Made by a program: the position numbers and the translations under genes
NCBI GenBank assembly: GCA_047975405.1
Contig: JBKEDO010000032.1
Coordinates: 21,374 to 85,373, forward strand
Direction of reading: 5' to 3'
Length of the DNA: 64,000 nucleotides
Source of the DNA: Bacteroides sp.
GTDB lineage: Bacteria; Bacteroidota; Bacteroidia; Bacteroidales; Bacteroidaceae
Notes under the pieces: model-generated
What the model was told of the DNA's origin: nothing
The model's input: only the letters and a program-made list of their open reading frames with translations
The model's database searches: none
Part shown: in pieces, positions 49,507 through 59,914 of the stretch
How the letters are laid out: each line of letters opens with the position of its first letter
Position numbering within the stretch: the first letter of the stretch is position 1

Positions 49507-52152
49507 CTAGAATTCTTGTCCTAAGATAAAGTGGAACTGACTTCCGCTTTGGCTTTTTGAACCGTTTATTTTGTCAAATCCGTAAGCCCAGTCGATACCC
49601 ATCATGCCAATCATTGGTAAGAAGATACGGACACCAACACCAGCTGAGCGTTTAAGTTCGAATGGATTGAATTTACTAATATCATGCCAAGCATTACCTG
49701 CTTCAAGGAATCCCAATACATAAATGTTGGTACTAGTTTCTAGCATCAATGGATAACGAAGCTCTAATCCTAAACGGGCATATGCATAGCCTTCTTGTCC
49801 GTATGGGGTTAATGCGCTATTCTCATATCCACGTAAAGCAATACTTTCCGTTGCATAACTTGAGTAGCCAGTCATACCATCTCCTCCCACGTCGAATGTG
49901 CCAAATGGCGACTTTTTGTATTTGTTATAATGTCCGACTAAACCAAGGTCCGTACGAGTCATTAATACGAGACATTTTGGATGAGCAACCATATCCATTA
50001 ATGGAGTATAGGTTTTAGCTTTGAATTTCCATTTGTGATATTCAATAAATCGATGGAGACGGTTCATATTATCTTGTGTGATCGATCCATCTTCATTATA
50101 ATAACCTTTATAATCTTTGCCGTCAAATAATGAGTATGGTGGGGTGAACTGTACTGACAAGGAGATATCCGATCCTGATCTTGGGAAGATCGGGTTGTCT
50201 ATAGAGTTTCGAGCTAAAGTTAAACTGAAATTTAAGTCGTTACAATTACCATTGGTTACCGGGAAATATTTCCAATCTTTTAGCATATAGCGTTGGAATG
50301 ACAATTCAGTTGATAAAGTGAAATAGTCGTCCGGCCAGTTCAAACGTTTACCCCAACCAATTGACAATCCCCACATCTTGATGGACTTGTCAGGGTCGTA
50401 GTAATTCTCATAGTTGTTGTAATTGCCGTAGTTGTACATTCCATATCCTCCATATCCGCTATACATGCTATTATAGTAGTTATTAAAGTAATTAGAATTG
50501 TAGTATTGGCTACTAATATCTGTTTGAACGGAATAGAATGCTGATACAGAGAATGAGTTCGGGCGTTTTCCTCCAAACCAAGGGTCAAAGAATGAAATGC
50601 TATAAGATTGATAGTATTTAGCATTGGTTTGTCCGCTAATGGTTAGAGTCTGACCGTCACCTTGTGGTAAGATGCCACGATAGTTCTCACCTGGGTGTAG
50701 CAAGTTGGCTACAGAAAAGTTTGTAAACTTTAAGCTTAACTTACCAATGATACCGGTTTGTCCCCATCCTGCTGAGAATTCGACTTGGTCATTCGCTTTT
50801 GAGGTTAATGGTAGGCTAATATCTACTGTACCATTGTTTGGATCCGGTTGGATATCCGGTTGTATCTTTTCTGGGTCAAAGTGTCCCATTTGTTGGATTT
50901 CACGCATAGAACGCATAAGGTCTTCTTTACTGAAGAGCTGTCCGGGGCGTATTCTTAATTCACGGCGAATGACGTTCTCGTACAATCGATCATTTCCGCT
51001 AATATTAATCTTATTGATTGTGGCTTGTCTGCCTTCGAAGATTCTCATCTCAAGGTCAATAGAGTCTCCTACGATATTTACCTCAACTGGATCTAGGTTG
51101 TAGAATAGGTAACCATTATTGTAATAAAGGTTACCGATAGCATCATCGTCGGTGGTGATGCGATCATTCAGTAGCTTTTGATTATAAACATCGCCTTTTT
51201 TCATGCGAAGCATATAGTCTAGCTGTTCTGATGGATAGAGCGTATTTCCTACCCAGGTGACATTACGTAAGTAATATTTCTGTCCTTCGTCTATTTTCAT
51301 ATAGATATCGATTGACTTCTCGTCGTATTGTGAGATACTGTCTTTTAAGATTACAGCATCGCGATATCCAAGTTCATTATATTTATCTATAATCAATTGC
51401 TTATCGGCATCGAAGTTTTCAGTGACGAATTTCTTTGTACGGAAGATATTGACCAATTTGTTTTTTTCATTGGTCTTTTTCATCACTCGTTTTAACTTAG
51501 AAGTTTTAATGGCTTGATTGCCATCAATGGTGATTTGATGGACTTTGATCTTTTCTTTTTTATCAATGTCTACATCTACTATCACTTGATTCTCATTGTT
51601 AGGATCATCCTTCTGAGAAATAATAACGTCTGCATTTTTAAAGCCTTTATCGTCAAAGTATCTTTTGATCAGTGTTTTGGAACGATCGACGGTGTTAGGT
51701 GTTATTTGCATTCCTTTTACCATCCCAAGTTTATTTTCCAAGTCCGTCCGCTCTGACTTCTTTATCCCATGATAACGTACCTCAGAAATTCTAGGGCGTT
51801 GAGTCAGATTGATCTTTAACCATATCTTAGTGCCTTCTATTTTCTCAGCAGTAATCTGTACATTAGAAAACAATCCATGTCTCCAATATCGTTTGATGGC
51901 ACCTGTAATCTCATCTCCTGGTACTGAAATTGTTTGCCCTACAGATAGGCCTGACAATCCAATGAGTACATAGTCTTCATAGTTTTTTACGCCTTCTACT
52001 TTGATATCTGCAATTTCATATTTTCGAGGAGTTCCCGAATATAAAATTACTGGCTTGTCTTTTTCTGTATTGTCCTCTTGTGCTATGCTTGGAGTGCTAA
52101 ATGCAAAGAGACAAATTAGTGATGCGAATATAAAGTTAATACGGTTATGCAT
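49507..52152 (-). CDS. bamA: Outer-membrane protein assembly factor BamA
   Basis: POTRA repeats, IALRGY motif, C-terminal QFHFILGQEF. Confidence 0.96.
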   Translation of the reverse strand: MHNRINFIFASLICLFAFSTPSIAQEDNTEKDKPVILYSGTPRKYEIADIKVEGVKNYEDYVLIGLSGLSVGQTISVPGDEITGAIKRYWRHGLFSNVQITAEKIEGTKIWLKINLTQRPRISEVRYHGIKKSERTDLENKLGMVKGMQITPNTVDRSKTLIKRYFDDKGFKNADVIISQKDDPNNENQVIVDVDIDKKEKIKVHQITIDGNQAIKTSKLKRVMKKTNEKNKLVNIFRTKKFVTENFDADKQLIIDKYNELGYRDAVILKDSISQYDEKSIDIYMKIDEGQKYYLRNVTWVGNTLYPSEQLDYMLRMKKGDVYNQKLLNDRITTDDDAIGNLYYNNGYLFYNLDPVEVNIVGDSIDLEMRIFEGRQATINKINISGNDRLYENVIRRELRIRPGQLFSKEDLMRSMREIQQMGHFDPEKIQPDIQPDPNNGTVDISLPLTSKANDQVEFSAGWGQTGIIGKLSLKFTNFSVANLLHPGENYRGILPQGDGQTLTISGQTNAKYYQSYSISFFDPWFGGKRPNSFSVSAFYSVQTDISSQYYNSNYFNNYYNSMYSGYGGYGMYNYGNYNNYENYYDPDKSIKMWGLSIGWGKRLNWPDDYFTLSTELSFQRYMLKDWKYFPVTNGNCNDLNFSLTLARNSIDNPIFPRSGSDISLSVQFTPPYSLFDGKDYKGYYNEDGSITQDNMNRLHRFIEYHKWKFKAKTYTPLMDMVAHPKCLVLMTRTDLGLVGHYNKYKKSPFGTFDVGGDGMTGYSSYATESIALRGYENSALTPYGQEGYAYARLGLELRYPLMLETSTNIYVLGFLEAGNAWHDISKFNPFELKRSAGVGVRIFLPMIGMMGIDWAYGFDKINGSKSQSGSQFHFILGQEF

Positions 52153-52179
52153 TTATGTTATATATTAGATGTTGAGTTT

Positions 52180-52914
52180 TTAACTTACTTGTTCACTAGT
52201 TTTTCCAAATCGGCGTTCTCTGGCTTGATAATCAGCTATTGCTTTCAATAGCTCTTCTTTATCAAAATCCGGCCAAAAAGTCTCGCAGAAATAGAGCTCT
52301 GAATAAGCTGCTTGCCATAACAAATAATTGCTTAGGCGTATTTCACCGCCGGTACGGATCAATAAATCTGGATCGGGCATGAAATGTGTCGACAAATGCG
52401 CTTTTACACAATTGTCGGTGATGGCTTCAGGTTCTAGTTCTCCTGTTTTGACTTTTGTTGCAATCTGGCGCACAGCTTCCGTAATTTCCCAATGAGAAGA
52501 GTAACTAAGGGCTAAAACCAAACACATACCTGTGTTACCTTTAGTATTGTTTATGCAACTGTCTAAGCGCTGCTGTACATTGATTGGTAATTTTTTAATA
52601 TCTCCAATCACTCGAAAGCTAATATTATTCTTTATAAATGTTTCTTCTTCTATTGAATCGAGTAGGAGGTTCATTAGCGCTTCTATCTCATCCGATGGAC
52701 GGTTCCAATTTTCTGTTGAGAACGTATATAATGTTAAATATTTAACGCCGAGGTTTGCAGCCTCTTCTGCGATCGTGTGAACGGTCTGAGCACCGGCTTG
52801 GTGTCCGTAACTTCGTTCATGGCCTCGCTGTTTTGCCCAACGCCCATTGCCATCCATTATGATGGCAATATGCTGAGGTATTCTGTTTTTATCTATTTGT
52901 TCTGTATAAGACAT
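52180..52914 (-). CDS. uppS: Undecaprenyl-diphosphate synthase
   Basis: [41 protein letters not shown]; start trimmed to ATG 52914. Confidence 0.96.
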   Translation of the reverse strand: MSYTEQIDKNRIPQHIAIIMDGNGRWAKQRGHERSYGHQAGAQTVHTIAEEAANLGVKYLTLYTFSTENWNRPSDEIEALMNLLLDSIEEETFIKNNISFRVIGDIKKLPINVQQRLDSCINNTKGNTGMCLVLALSYSSHWEITEAVRQIATKVKTGELEPEAITDNCVKAHLSTHFMPDPDLLIRTGGEIRLSNYLLWQAAYSELYFCETFWPDFDKEELLKAIADYQARERRFGKTSEQVS

Positions 52915-52944
52915 CTTTCTGAGATCCACTTGTTAGAACTTCGT

Positions 52945-54300
52945 TTATTGTCTGATGAATCCAAGCTTGTTGACTCTTCCTCTCCAAACCTCATTTAACG
53001 GTTGTCCAGTCATTAGCCAAATAAAGTGGTTGCGATCAACAACCATTGAATAGTCTGGTTTTACACTTTCTGGGGTTAACGTCCATTTAGGGAACAAGAA
53101 TTTTTCAGTTACTTCATTCCAATATAAAAGAGTTGTTGACTCATAGAACGTTTCAAAACCTTTTCCAAAGATATAAAATTTATTATTATACTGCATTACA
53201 GAAGGATTTTCAAATTTGGGACAAGTCTTATTGCCGGAAATGCGCATCGGATACCAAGCCTTGCCGTTTTCTGAGGTCCAGACGATTGTTGTCGTGTCAT
53301 TCTCTAAACCGCTTCTGGTATTTCCGACTAGCGCGACATTAAGCGTTTTGGTCTTAGTCAAAAAGACATCTGATGAATAGTGATTGATTGGAAAGTCTTC
53401 CGGAACGCTTTCTCCCATCGATTCACTCCAAAGCGTCGCGGTTGAATTCGTTCTGTTAAATTTGAACGTTCCTTCTTCATCAATAATACCGGCGATACCC
53501 AGTTCTGTAGAACCTGAAGCCCCTTCTAAGGTTGGGAAAATAGCAATAAGGCTGTTTACTTTATGTTGGCTTAATCCTTCATGTTTGCTCCAAACAAGTC
53601 CTGCTGCATCTGATTGATAAACCTCTCCTGTTTCAGTTACTGTATAGAGCTTTTCGCCAAAAGCAATGATTGATGATAGCTTAAAGTTGGTTGGCATACC
53701 TGTCAAGGATTGAGCTGTCCAAGTATGTCCATCAGAAATCATCGAACTGTAAATCTTTTGGTTATCTGAGGAAAAGATAATGATTTTATCATTTAGGATG
53801 ATTGCTTTTTGAGCTCCGCTAATGGGAGCTACTGCCATAGGCGTTGTTCCCCAGTTTAAAGAATCCGGATCTTGTTGGTGTACTCTAACACTTATTCTAT
53901 AATCTTTCTTGTTCTGCATATCAGGTGCCCATACTGTAATTTTCATGGGGGTTTCCATAGTACCTCTAAAATCGATAGAGTCGTTGATGTTTATAATGGA
54001 ATCTCTTTGCCCATCACTGCTTTTTACTGTGATGACACTAGATGCAGTTGTTATTTTTTTAATTAAGATCCTATCAATAATAGTATCGGCGTGTGCCGGC
54101 ATAGAGTCGATGTTGTAAATTTCGCCTTTTAATTGGTCGATCGTAAACTCATAAGAAACGTGATGTACGGAATCTAGTTCGAATCCTTTTATAGTAGCAT
54201 CAGGACTATAGCTAATCTCGGTGTCATTATTAAGGCATGATGTCATGAATGCTGAGCTCATGAAAAGGCCGGCGATTAATGATAGAAATTTTATTCTCAT
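52945..54300 (-). CDS. Lipoprotein, DUF6242-like, first gene of the uppS-bamA-ompH operon
   Basis: Lipobox MTSC; FTIDQ..GEIYNIDS.P, VHQQDPDSL.W, C-terminal VWRGRVNKLGF. Confidence 0.75.
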   Translation of the reverse strand: MRIKFLSLIAGLFMSSAFMTSCLNNDTEISYSPDATIKGFELDSVHHVSYEFTIDQLKGEIYNIDSMPAHADTIIDRILIKKITTASSVITVKSSDGQRDSIININDSIDFRGTMETPMKITVWAPDMQNKKDYRISVRVHQQDPDSLNWGTTPMAVAPISGAQKAIILNDKIIIFSSDNQKIYSSMISDGHTWTAQSLTGMPTNFKLSSIIAFGEKLYTVTETGEVYQSDAAGLVWSKHEGLSQHKVNSLIAIFPTLEGASGSTELGIAGIIDEEGTFKFNRTNSTATLWSESMGESVPEDFPINHYSSDVFLTKTKTLNVALVGNTRSGLENDTTTIVWTSENGKAWYPMRISGNKTCPKFENPSVMQYNNKFYIFGKGFETFYESTTLLYWNEVTEKFLFPKWTLTPESVKPDYSMVVDRNHFIWLMTGQPLNEVWRGRVNKLGFIRQ

Positions 54301-54331
54301 TTTTAGATGATTGTGTGTTATTTACAAGTTG

Positions 54332-54339
54332 CAAAAATA
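54332..54339 (-). promoter_or_regulatory. Sigma-A -7 element (TATTTTTG) for the lipoprotein-uppS-bamA operon
   Basis: TAnnTTTG 31 nt upstream of ATG 54300. Confidence 0.6.
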
Positions 54340-54439
54340 GAAACAATTTTTCCTAAATAGAAGATTACTGTGAAGATTTATATAAAATTATAGATAATAA
54401 TAGGGTTTTAAAACCACAAAATGCGTTTTTTGCCCTGTT

Positions 54440-55486
54440 TTATTCTCCATTGTTGTTATGAAAATGCCAGATCTCTCGCCCGAAGTAGGAATCAGTCGTT
54501 GCATCGGGGGCTTTAATCATTTCGGGTGACTTAACTCCGGAATGGAGCTTGATTGGCGATCGCTCTATATAAATTTCATCCCACAGATTGCTGTCTATGA
54601 ACGACTGCAGCAATTGGCTGCCTCCTTCAACAAATAGCGTTTGCAATTTTAATTGATAGAGATGATGGATGATCTGTGGTAATAATGGTTTGGTATAATC
54701 CAATGTGACATAGGATGTTCTTGGGGTGTTAATGCCACTTGTTTGTTCTGTAAAAACAATTGTAGGTGTGGTGTCGTCAAATAGACTTAACGTTTTGGGA
54801 AGAGACAGATAACGATCGATCACAAGGCGTGTCGGATTTTTCCCTGCCCAATGACGAACGGTGAGCTGAGGGTTGTCGAGTAAAGCCGTACGGGTACCTA
54901 CCATGATGGCGGCTGATTCAGAGCGTTTTTTATGCACCAGCATCGCTGTTAGTGGAGATGATAAGATAACGGGTGATCCCTCTGTTCGATTGAGATCCAT
55001 AAAATGATCTGCCGATTCGGCCCACTTTAACGTGATATAAGGACGTCTTAGGGTGTTGAAGGTGATGAATTTACGGATTAGTTCTTTGCATTCTTTTTCG
55101 AGAACTCCCACAATGATCTCTTTGCCTGCATCTTTAAGCTTTTTGATCCCTCTGCCAGCAACTTCCGGAAATGGATCCTGGCAACCAATTACGATTCTCG
55201 GAATCCCCTTTTTTATAATTAAGTCAACGCAAGGCGGGGTTTTGCCGTAGTGAGAGCAAGGCTCTAAACTAACGTATATGGTCGATTGTTTTAATAAAGT
55301 CTGATCGGTGACTGAACTGATGGCGTTAACCTCGGCATGTGCTTCGCCGTAACGCCTGTGGTACCCTTCTCCGATTATGCGATCGTTGCAAACAATGACG
55401 GCGCCGACCATTGGGTTAGGTTCTACGAAACCTTTTCCATTGCGAGCCAGTTGTATGCACCGCTTCATATATTTTTCTTCTTTCAT
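54440..55486 (-). CDS. ribD: Riboflavin biosynthesis deaminase/reductase
   Basis: PNPMVGAV, HAEVNA, LEPCSHYGKTPPC, VEGG. Confidence 0.97.
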   Translation of the reverse strand: MKEEKYMKRCIQLARNGKGFVEPNPMVGAVIVCNDRIIGEGYHRRYGEAHAEVNAISSVTDQTLLKQSTIYVSLEPCSHYGKTPPCVDLIIKKGIPRIVIGCQDPFPEVAGRGIKKLKDAGKEIIVGVLEKECKELIRKFITFNTLRRPYITLKWAESADHFMDLNRTEGSPVILSSPLTAMLVHKKRSESAAIMVGTRTALLDNPQLTVRHWAGKNPTRLVIDRYLSLPKTLSLFDDTTPTIVFTEQTSGINTPRTSYVTLDYTKPLLPQIIHHLYQLKLQTLFVEGGSQLLQSFIDSNLWDEIYIERSPIKLHSGVKSPEMIKAPDATTDSYFGREIWHFHNNNGE

Positions 55487-55536
55487 TCTTAGCCTTAGAT
55501 TAATTCTTTCTATTTTTGCATGAAAAATTATAGATT

Positions 55537-56373
55537 ATGCATCCTATATTATTACAGACTCGCCAGGCATTAGAGCCTTATTATTCATCTGCGGAGGTTA
55601 AAACCTTATCAATGATGATTTGCTGTGACCGGTTTGGGTTGAATGCAACAGATCTTTATATGGGCAAAGATATTAAATTATCTGAAAGCGAATATGGAGA
55701 ATTGGAAAACATTCTTTTGCGCTTGCAAAAAAAAGAGCCTATACAATATATCTTTGGGTCTGCAATGTTTGGTGGACGTCAGTTTAAAGTTACGCCTGAT
55801 GTACTTATCCCGCGCCCTGAAACTCACGAGCTAGTGAGCCTGATTGAACAAGAACATCCGGGTAACTCTCGGATTTTAGACATTGGTACTGGTAGCGGAT
55901 GCATCGCTATTTCTTTAGATTTGGATTTACCGGGAGCGGAAGTGGAGGCTTGGGATATTTCAAATCAAGCTTTGGCTGTTGCTGAAGAAAATAATCAAGT
56001 GTTAGGTGGGCAAGTTCGATTTGTTTGTCAAGATGTACTTCAGGCATTGCCTAGTGATCGACCCATATATAATGTTATAGTCAGTAATCCGCCCTATATT
56101 GCTGAAAGCGAGAGAGGAAATATGGAGGCTAATGTGACTGAATGGGAACCCAATGGAGCTCTGTTCGTCCCCGATAACGATCCTTTGATCTTTTATCGCA
56201 CGATAGCGCAGTTGGGTCGATCTCTTTTAGTTGATGACGGAGAACTCTATTTTGAGATTAATCAAGTTTATGGAGAAGCTACGATTGAAATGTTGCGGCA
56301 TTTTGAATATATTGATCTTCGTTTGATTAAAGACTTTTATGGAAATGATCGGATTGTTGTAGCAAAAAAATAG
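55537..56373 (+). CDS. prmC: Release factor glutamine methyltransferase
   Basis: EPIQYI, VLIPRPET, LDIGTGSGCI, VSNPPY. Confidence 0.96.
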   Translation: MHPILLQTRQALEPYYSSAEVKTLSMMICCDRFGLNATDLYMGKDIKLSESEYGELENILLRLQKKEPIQYIFGSAMFGGRQFKVTPDVLIPRPETHELVSLIEQEHPGNSRILDIGTGSGCIAISLDLDLPGAEVEAWDISNQALAVAEENNQVLGGQVRFVCQDVLQALPSDRPIYNVIVSNPPYIAESERGNMEANVTEWEPNGALFVPDNDPLIFYRTIAQLGRSLLVDDGELYFEINQVYGEATIEMLRHFEYIDLRLIKDFYGNDRIVVAKK

Positions 56374-56380
56374 ATCAGGT

Positions 56381-56860
56381 ATGGAGATAACAGAAGAAAA
56401 TGCATTGTGCAAGATAGCGGCTTATTGTTCGTCGGCTGAGCGTTGTAAAGCTGATGTACAGGAAAGACTTCAGCGCTGGGGGGTGCCTTACGATGGGGTA
56501 CGACGTATTCTTGATTATTTAGTGAAAGAACGGTTCCTTGATGATGAACGCTATTGTCGCGCATTTGTAAATGACAAGTTTCGTTTTTCCAAGTGGGGGA
56601 AGCAAAAAATAGCTCAGGGACTTTATATGAAGAAGATTCCCTCAGAAATGGCTTGGCGGCATTTATCGGCACTCGACGAATCGGATTATTTAGAGGTGTT
56701 ACGTTCCTTAATAACTAGTAAACGCAAAAGTATATCTGCTAAGGATGACTATGACTTAAACCAAAAACTAATACGTTTCGCTTTAAGTCGCGGTTTCGAA
56801 TTCAAAGATATTAAGCGTTGTCTTGATGTTGAGGTCGACTACGATGAAGAGAATCTCTAA
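56381..56860 (+). CDS. recX: Regulatory protein RecX
   Basis: YCSSAERC, FLDDERY, WGKQKI, FALSRGF. Confidence 0.9.
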   Translation: MEITEENALCKIAAYCSSAERCKADVQERLQRWGVPYDGVRRILDYLVKERFLDDERYCRAFVNDKFRFSKWGKQKIAQGLYMKKIPSEMAWRHLSALDESDYLEVLRSLITSKRKSISAKDDYDLNQKLIRFALSRGFEFKDIKRCLDVEVDYDEENL

Positions 56861-56938
56861 AAAATAAATAATTCCTTTTTTTATATTCTCGTACTATTTC
56901 CGTATTTTTGCAGCAAATCATTAATAGTTAGTTTGGTT

Positions 56939-57577
56939 ATGAAAAACTTAGAGAGACTGTTTGCAGAGAAATTGTTGAAGATTAAGGCGATAAAGATCCA
57001 GCCGAATAATCCGTTTACTTGGGCGTCAGGATGGAAATCTCCATTCTACTGTGATAATCGTAAGACTCTGTCGTATCCTTCTCTTCGTAATTTTGTTAAG
57101 GTAGAAATAACACGTCTTATTTTAGAAGAATTTGGTGAGGTAGATGCCATCGCAGGTGTTGCTACAGGGGCTATTCCGCAAGGAGCATTGGTCGCTGATG
57201 CTTTAAATCTACCTTTTGTATATGTACGTTCTACTCCTAAAGATCATGGTTTAGAAAACCTTATTGAAGGTGAACTTCGCCCTGGTATGAAAGTTGTAGT
57301 GGTGGAAGACTTGATCTCTACTGGCGGAAGCAGTCTTAAGGCTGTAGAAGCGATTCGTCGTGATGGCTGTGATGTTATTGGTATGGTTGCTGCTTTCACT
57401 TATGGATTCCCGGTAGCAGAAAAGGCATTCAAGGATGCTAAAGTATCTTTGGTTACATTGACTAATTACGAGGCTGTGCTGGATGTAGCTCTTCGTACGG
57501 CATATATTGAAGAAGGAGATATTGCGACTTTAAATGAATGGCGTAAAGATCCTGCTCATTGGGATATTGATAAATAA
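56939..57577 (+). CDS. pyrE: Orotate phosphoribosyltransferase
   Basis: FTWASGWKSPFYCDNR, VVVEDLISTGGS. Confidence 0.96.
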   Translation: MKNLERLFAEKLLKIKAIKIQPNNPFTWASGWKSPFYCDNRKTLSYPSLRNFVKVEITRLILEEFGEVDAIAGVATGAIPQGALVADALNLPFVYVRSTPKDHGLENLIEGELRPGMKVVVVEDLISTGGSSLKAVEAIRRDGCDVIGMVAAFTYGFPVAEKAFKDAKVSLVTLTNYEAVLDVALRTAYIEEGDIATLNEWRKDPAHWDIDK

Positions 57578-57664
57578 GTAATATTCTTACAACTAGGTAT
57601 AATGAAGAAGGGGTGTTTGGGCTGCTTGCAGTTCGAATAATCCTTCTTTTCATATAAAATCGAT

Positions 57665-58075
57665 ATGGTAAAGTTTGAAAGTAGCGTAAAAGTGATCCCT
57701 TTTAATCAAGAGCGTGTGTATGACAAGCTCTCTGATTTGAATAACCTAGAGTCGATAAAAGATCGGTTGCCGCAAGATAAAATCAAGAATCTTAGCTTTG
57801 ATTCTGATAGTTTGTCTATTAATGTGTCACCGGTAGGAGACTTGACTCTGAAAATTATTGAACGTGAATCTCCCAAGTGTATTAAGTTAGAAGCGGTTAA
57901 GTCGCCTCTGCCTTTTAATATGTGGATACAGTTGGTTTCGGCATCTGATGAAGAATGTAAGCTGAAGATTACTATCGGCGTTGAAGTTAATCCTTTTATG
58001 AAAGCGATGGTTCAGAAACCTCTTCAAGAAGGCGTTGAAAAGATGGCGGATATGCTTTCGATGATACAGTATTAA
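57665..58075 (+). CDS. SRPBCC/CoxG-like protein
   Basis: VY..LSDLNNL N-terminus and NPFMKAMV.KPL C-terminal helix pattern. Confidence 0.7.
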   Translation: MVKFESSVKVIPFNQERVYDKLSDLNNLESIKDRLPQDKIKNLSFDSDSLSINVSPVGDLTLKIIERESPKCIKLEAVKSPLPFNMWIQLVSASDEECKLKITIGVEVNPFMKAMVQKPLQEGVEKMADMLSMIQY

Positions 58076-58093
58076 TCGATAAGATCAATAATT

Positions 58094-59434
58094 ATGGCAC
58101 AGAAACTTTGGGAAAAATCTGTTCAAGTGAATCAAGATATTGAGAAATTTACGGTCGGCCGTGATCGTGAGATGGATCTTTATTTGGCGAAGCATGATGT
58201 ACTAGGGTCTATGGCTCATATTACGATGCTGGAAAGTATCGGATTGCTGACTTCACTCGAGCTAGAACAATTACTCGCTGAAATGCGGGAGATATATGCT
58301 TCGGCTGAACGCGGTGAGTTTATAATTGAAGATGGGGTGGAAGATGTTCACTCGCAAGTCGAGTTAATGTTGACTCGCCGTTTGGGAGATGTCGGTAAGA
58401 AGATTCATAGCGGTCGTTCTCGTAATGATCAGGTTTTACTCGACCTTAAACTCTTTACGCGCACTCAGCTTAAAGAGGTTGCAGAGATGGTCGAGGATCT
58501 GTTTGCGGTGCTCATTAAGCAAAGTGAGGCTTATAAACAGGTGTTAATGCCGGGATATACGCATTTGCAAATAGCAATGCCTTCTTCGTTTGGTTTATGG
58601 TTTGGAGCTTATGCTGAAAGCTTGGTCGACGATATGTTATTTCTTCAAGCTGCATTTAAAATGTGTAACCGTAATCCTTTAGGCTCTGCCGCAGGATATG
58701 GCTCTTCTTTTCCTTTGAATCGAACGATGACGACCCAATTGTTAGGTTTTGACGGGTTAAATCATAATGTGGTTTACGCGCAGATGGGGCGTGGAAAGAT
58801 GGAGCGTAATGTAGCCTTTGCTTTGGCTTCTATTGCCGGAACAATTTCTAAGCTCGCTTTTGATGCCTGTTTGTTCAATAGCCAGAACTTTGGATTTGTG
58901 AAGCTTCCTGATGAATGTACCACGGGTTCGAGTATTATGCCTCATAAGAAGAATCCCGATGTCTTTGAACTGACTCGTGCCAAATGTAATAAAATACAAT
59001 CGCTTCCTCAACAAATCATGATGATCGCGAATAATCTGCCTTCAGGTTACTTCCGTGATCTGCAAATCATCAAGGAAGTGTTCTTGCCCGCTTTTGATGA
59101 GTTGAAAGATTGCTTGAACATGACGACCTATATTATGAATGAAATTAAGGTGAACGAGCATATACTTGATGATGACAAATACCTTCTGATCTTTAGCGTT
59201 GAAGAGGTTAACCGCTTGGCTCGTGAAGGGATGCCGTTCCGCGACGCTTATAAGAAAGTTGGACTTGATATTGAAGCCGGACAATTTACTCATGATAAAA
59301 AAGTAGATCATACTCACGAAGGTAGTATTGGTTGCTTGTGTAATGACCAGATTACGGCATTAATGCAAAAGATCGTTGATGGCTTTGCCTTTGATGAGAT
59401 GGTTGCTGCTGAGAAGGCTTTACTTCTACGTTGA
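58094..59434 (+). CDS. argH: Argininosuccinate lyase
   Basis: EDVHS, HSGRSRNDQ, PGYTHLQ, TGSSIMPHKKNPD. Confidence 0.97.
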   Translation: MAQKLWEKSVQVNQDIEKFTVGRDREMDLYLAKHDVLGSMAHITMLESIGLLTSLELEQLLAEMREIYASAERGEFIIEDGVEDVHSQVELMLTRRLGDVGKKIHSGRSRNDQVLLDLKLFTRTQLKEVAEMVEDLFAVLIKQSEAYKQVLMPGYTHLQIAMPSSFGLWFGAYAESLVDDMLFLQAAFKMCNRNPLGSAAGYGSSFPLNRTMTTQLLGFDGLNHNVVYAQMGRGKMERNVAFALASIAGTISKLAFDACLFNSQNFGFVKLPDECTTGSSIMPHKKNPDVFELTRAKCNKIQSLPQQIMMIANNLPSGYFRDLQIIKEVFLPAFDELKDCLNMTTYIMNEIKVNEHILDDDKYLLIFSVEEVNRLAREGMPFRDAYKKVGLDIEAGQFTHDKKVDHTHEGSIGCLCNDQITALMQKIVDGFAFDEMVAAEKALLLR

Positions 59435-59456
59435 GCAACCGTATAATATCCGAATG

Positions 59457-59502
59457 GCCCGACATTTTCTTTTCTGCTGATAAAGAGGATGTTGGGCTTT
59501 TT
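59457..59502 (+). terminator. Intrinsic terminator after argH
   Basis: GCCCGACATTTTCTTT...AAAGAGGATGTTGGGC followed by a T-run. Confidence 0.7.
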
Positions 59503-59546
59503 TGTCGACGAAAAATAAATTATTGCCGCATTTTTCTTTAAAAAAG

Positions 59547-59578
59547 TTTGGTGAAATGATACAAAGTCCTTATCTTTG
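59547..59578 (+). promoter_or_regulatory. Sigma-A promoter of the tRNA pair
   Basis: TTTG, 20-nt spacer, TATCTTTG, 16 nt before tRNA-Gly. Confidence 0.8.
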
Positions 59579-59594
59579 CATCCGTTAAAAAAAC

Positions 59595-59667
59595 GCGGAA
59601 ATAGCTCAGTTGGTAGAGCATAACCTTGCCAAGGTTAGGGTCGCGAGTTCGAGTCTCGTTTTCCGCT
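59595..59667 (+). tRNA. tRNA-Gly(GCC)
   Basis: GCGGAAA/TTTCCGC acceptor stem, D-arm AGCTCAGTTGGTAGAGC, anticodon loop TTGCCAA, GTTCGAG T-loop. Confidence 0.97.
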
Positions 59668-59682
59668 CTTCTTTGAAAGGAT

Positions 59683-59767
59683 GCTCGAATGGTGGAATCG
59701 GTAGACACGAGGGACTTAAAATCCCTTGGCTATTGCAGCTGTGGGGGTTCAAGTCCCCCTTCGAGTA
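59683..59767 (+). tRNA. tRNA-Leu(TAA)
   Basis: GCTCGAA/TTCGAGT acceptor stem, AGGGA-CTTAAAA-TCCCT anticodon arm, long variable arm, GTTCAAG. Confidence 0.95.
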
Positions 59768-59768
59768 C

Positions 59769-59815
59769 AAAAAAGCGCTAATATCTTATTTTAAGATGAT
59801 TAGCGCTTTTTTTTA
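59769..59815 (+). terminator. Terminator after the tRNA pair
   Basis: AAAAAAGCGCTAAT...ATTAGCGCTTTTTTT. Confidence 0.8.
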
Positions 59816-59914
59816 TGTCTCCTTTCCTCTTAAATAGGATCAATTCATAAGACTAAAAAAGCCACAACAGTCGACGACCGTTGTGGCGATATTTTTTGTA
59901 AACGATAGATCTTT

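Noticed and set aside
59610..59837. 75-aa ORF
   Set aside because: It overlaps tRNA-Gly and tRNA-Leu; spurious.
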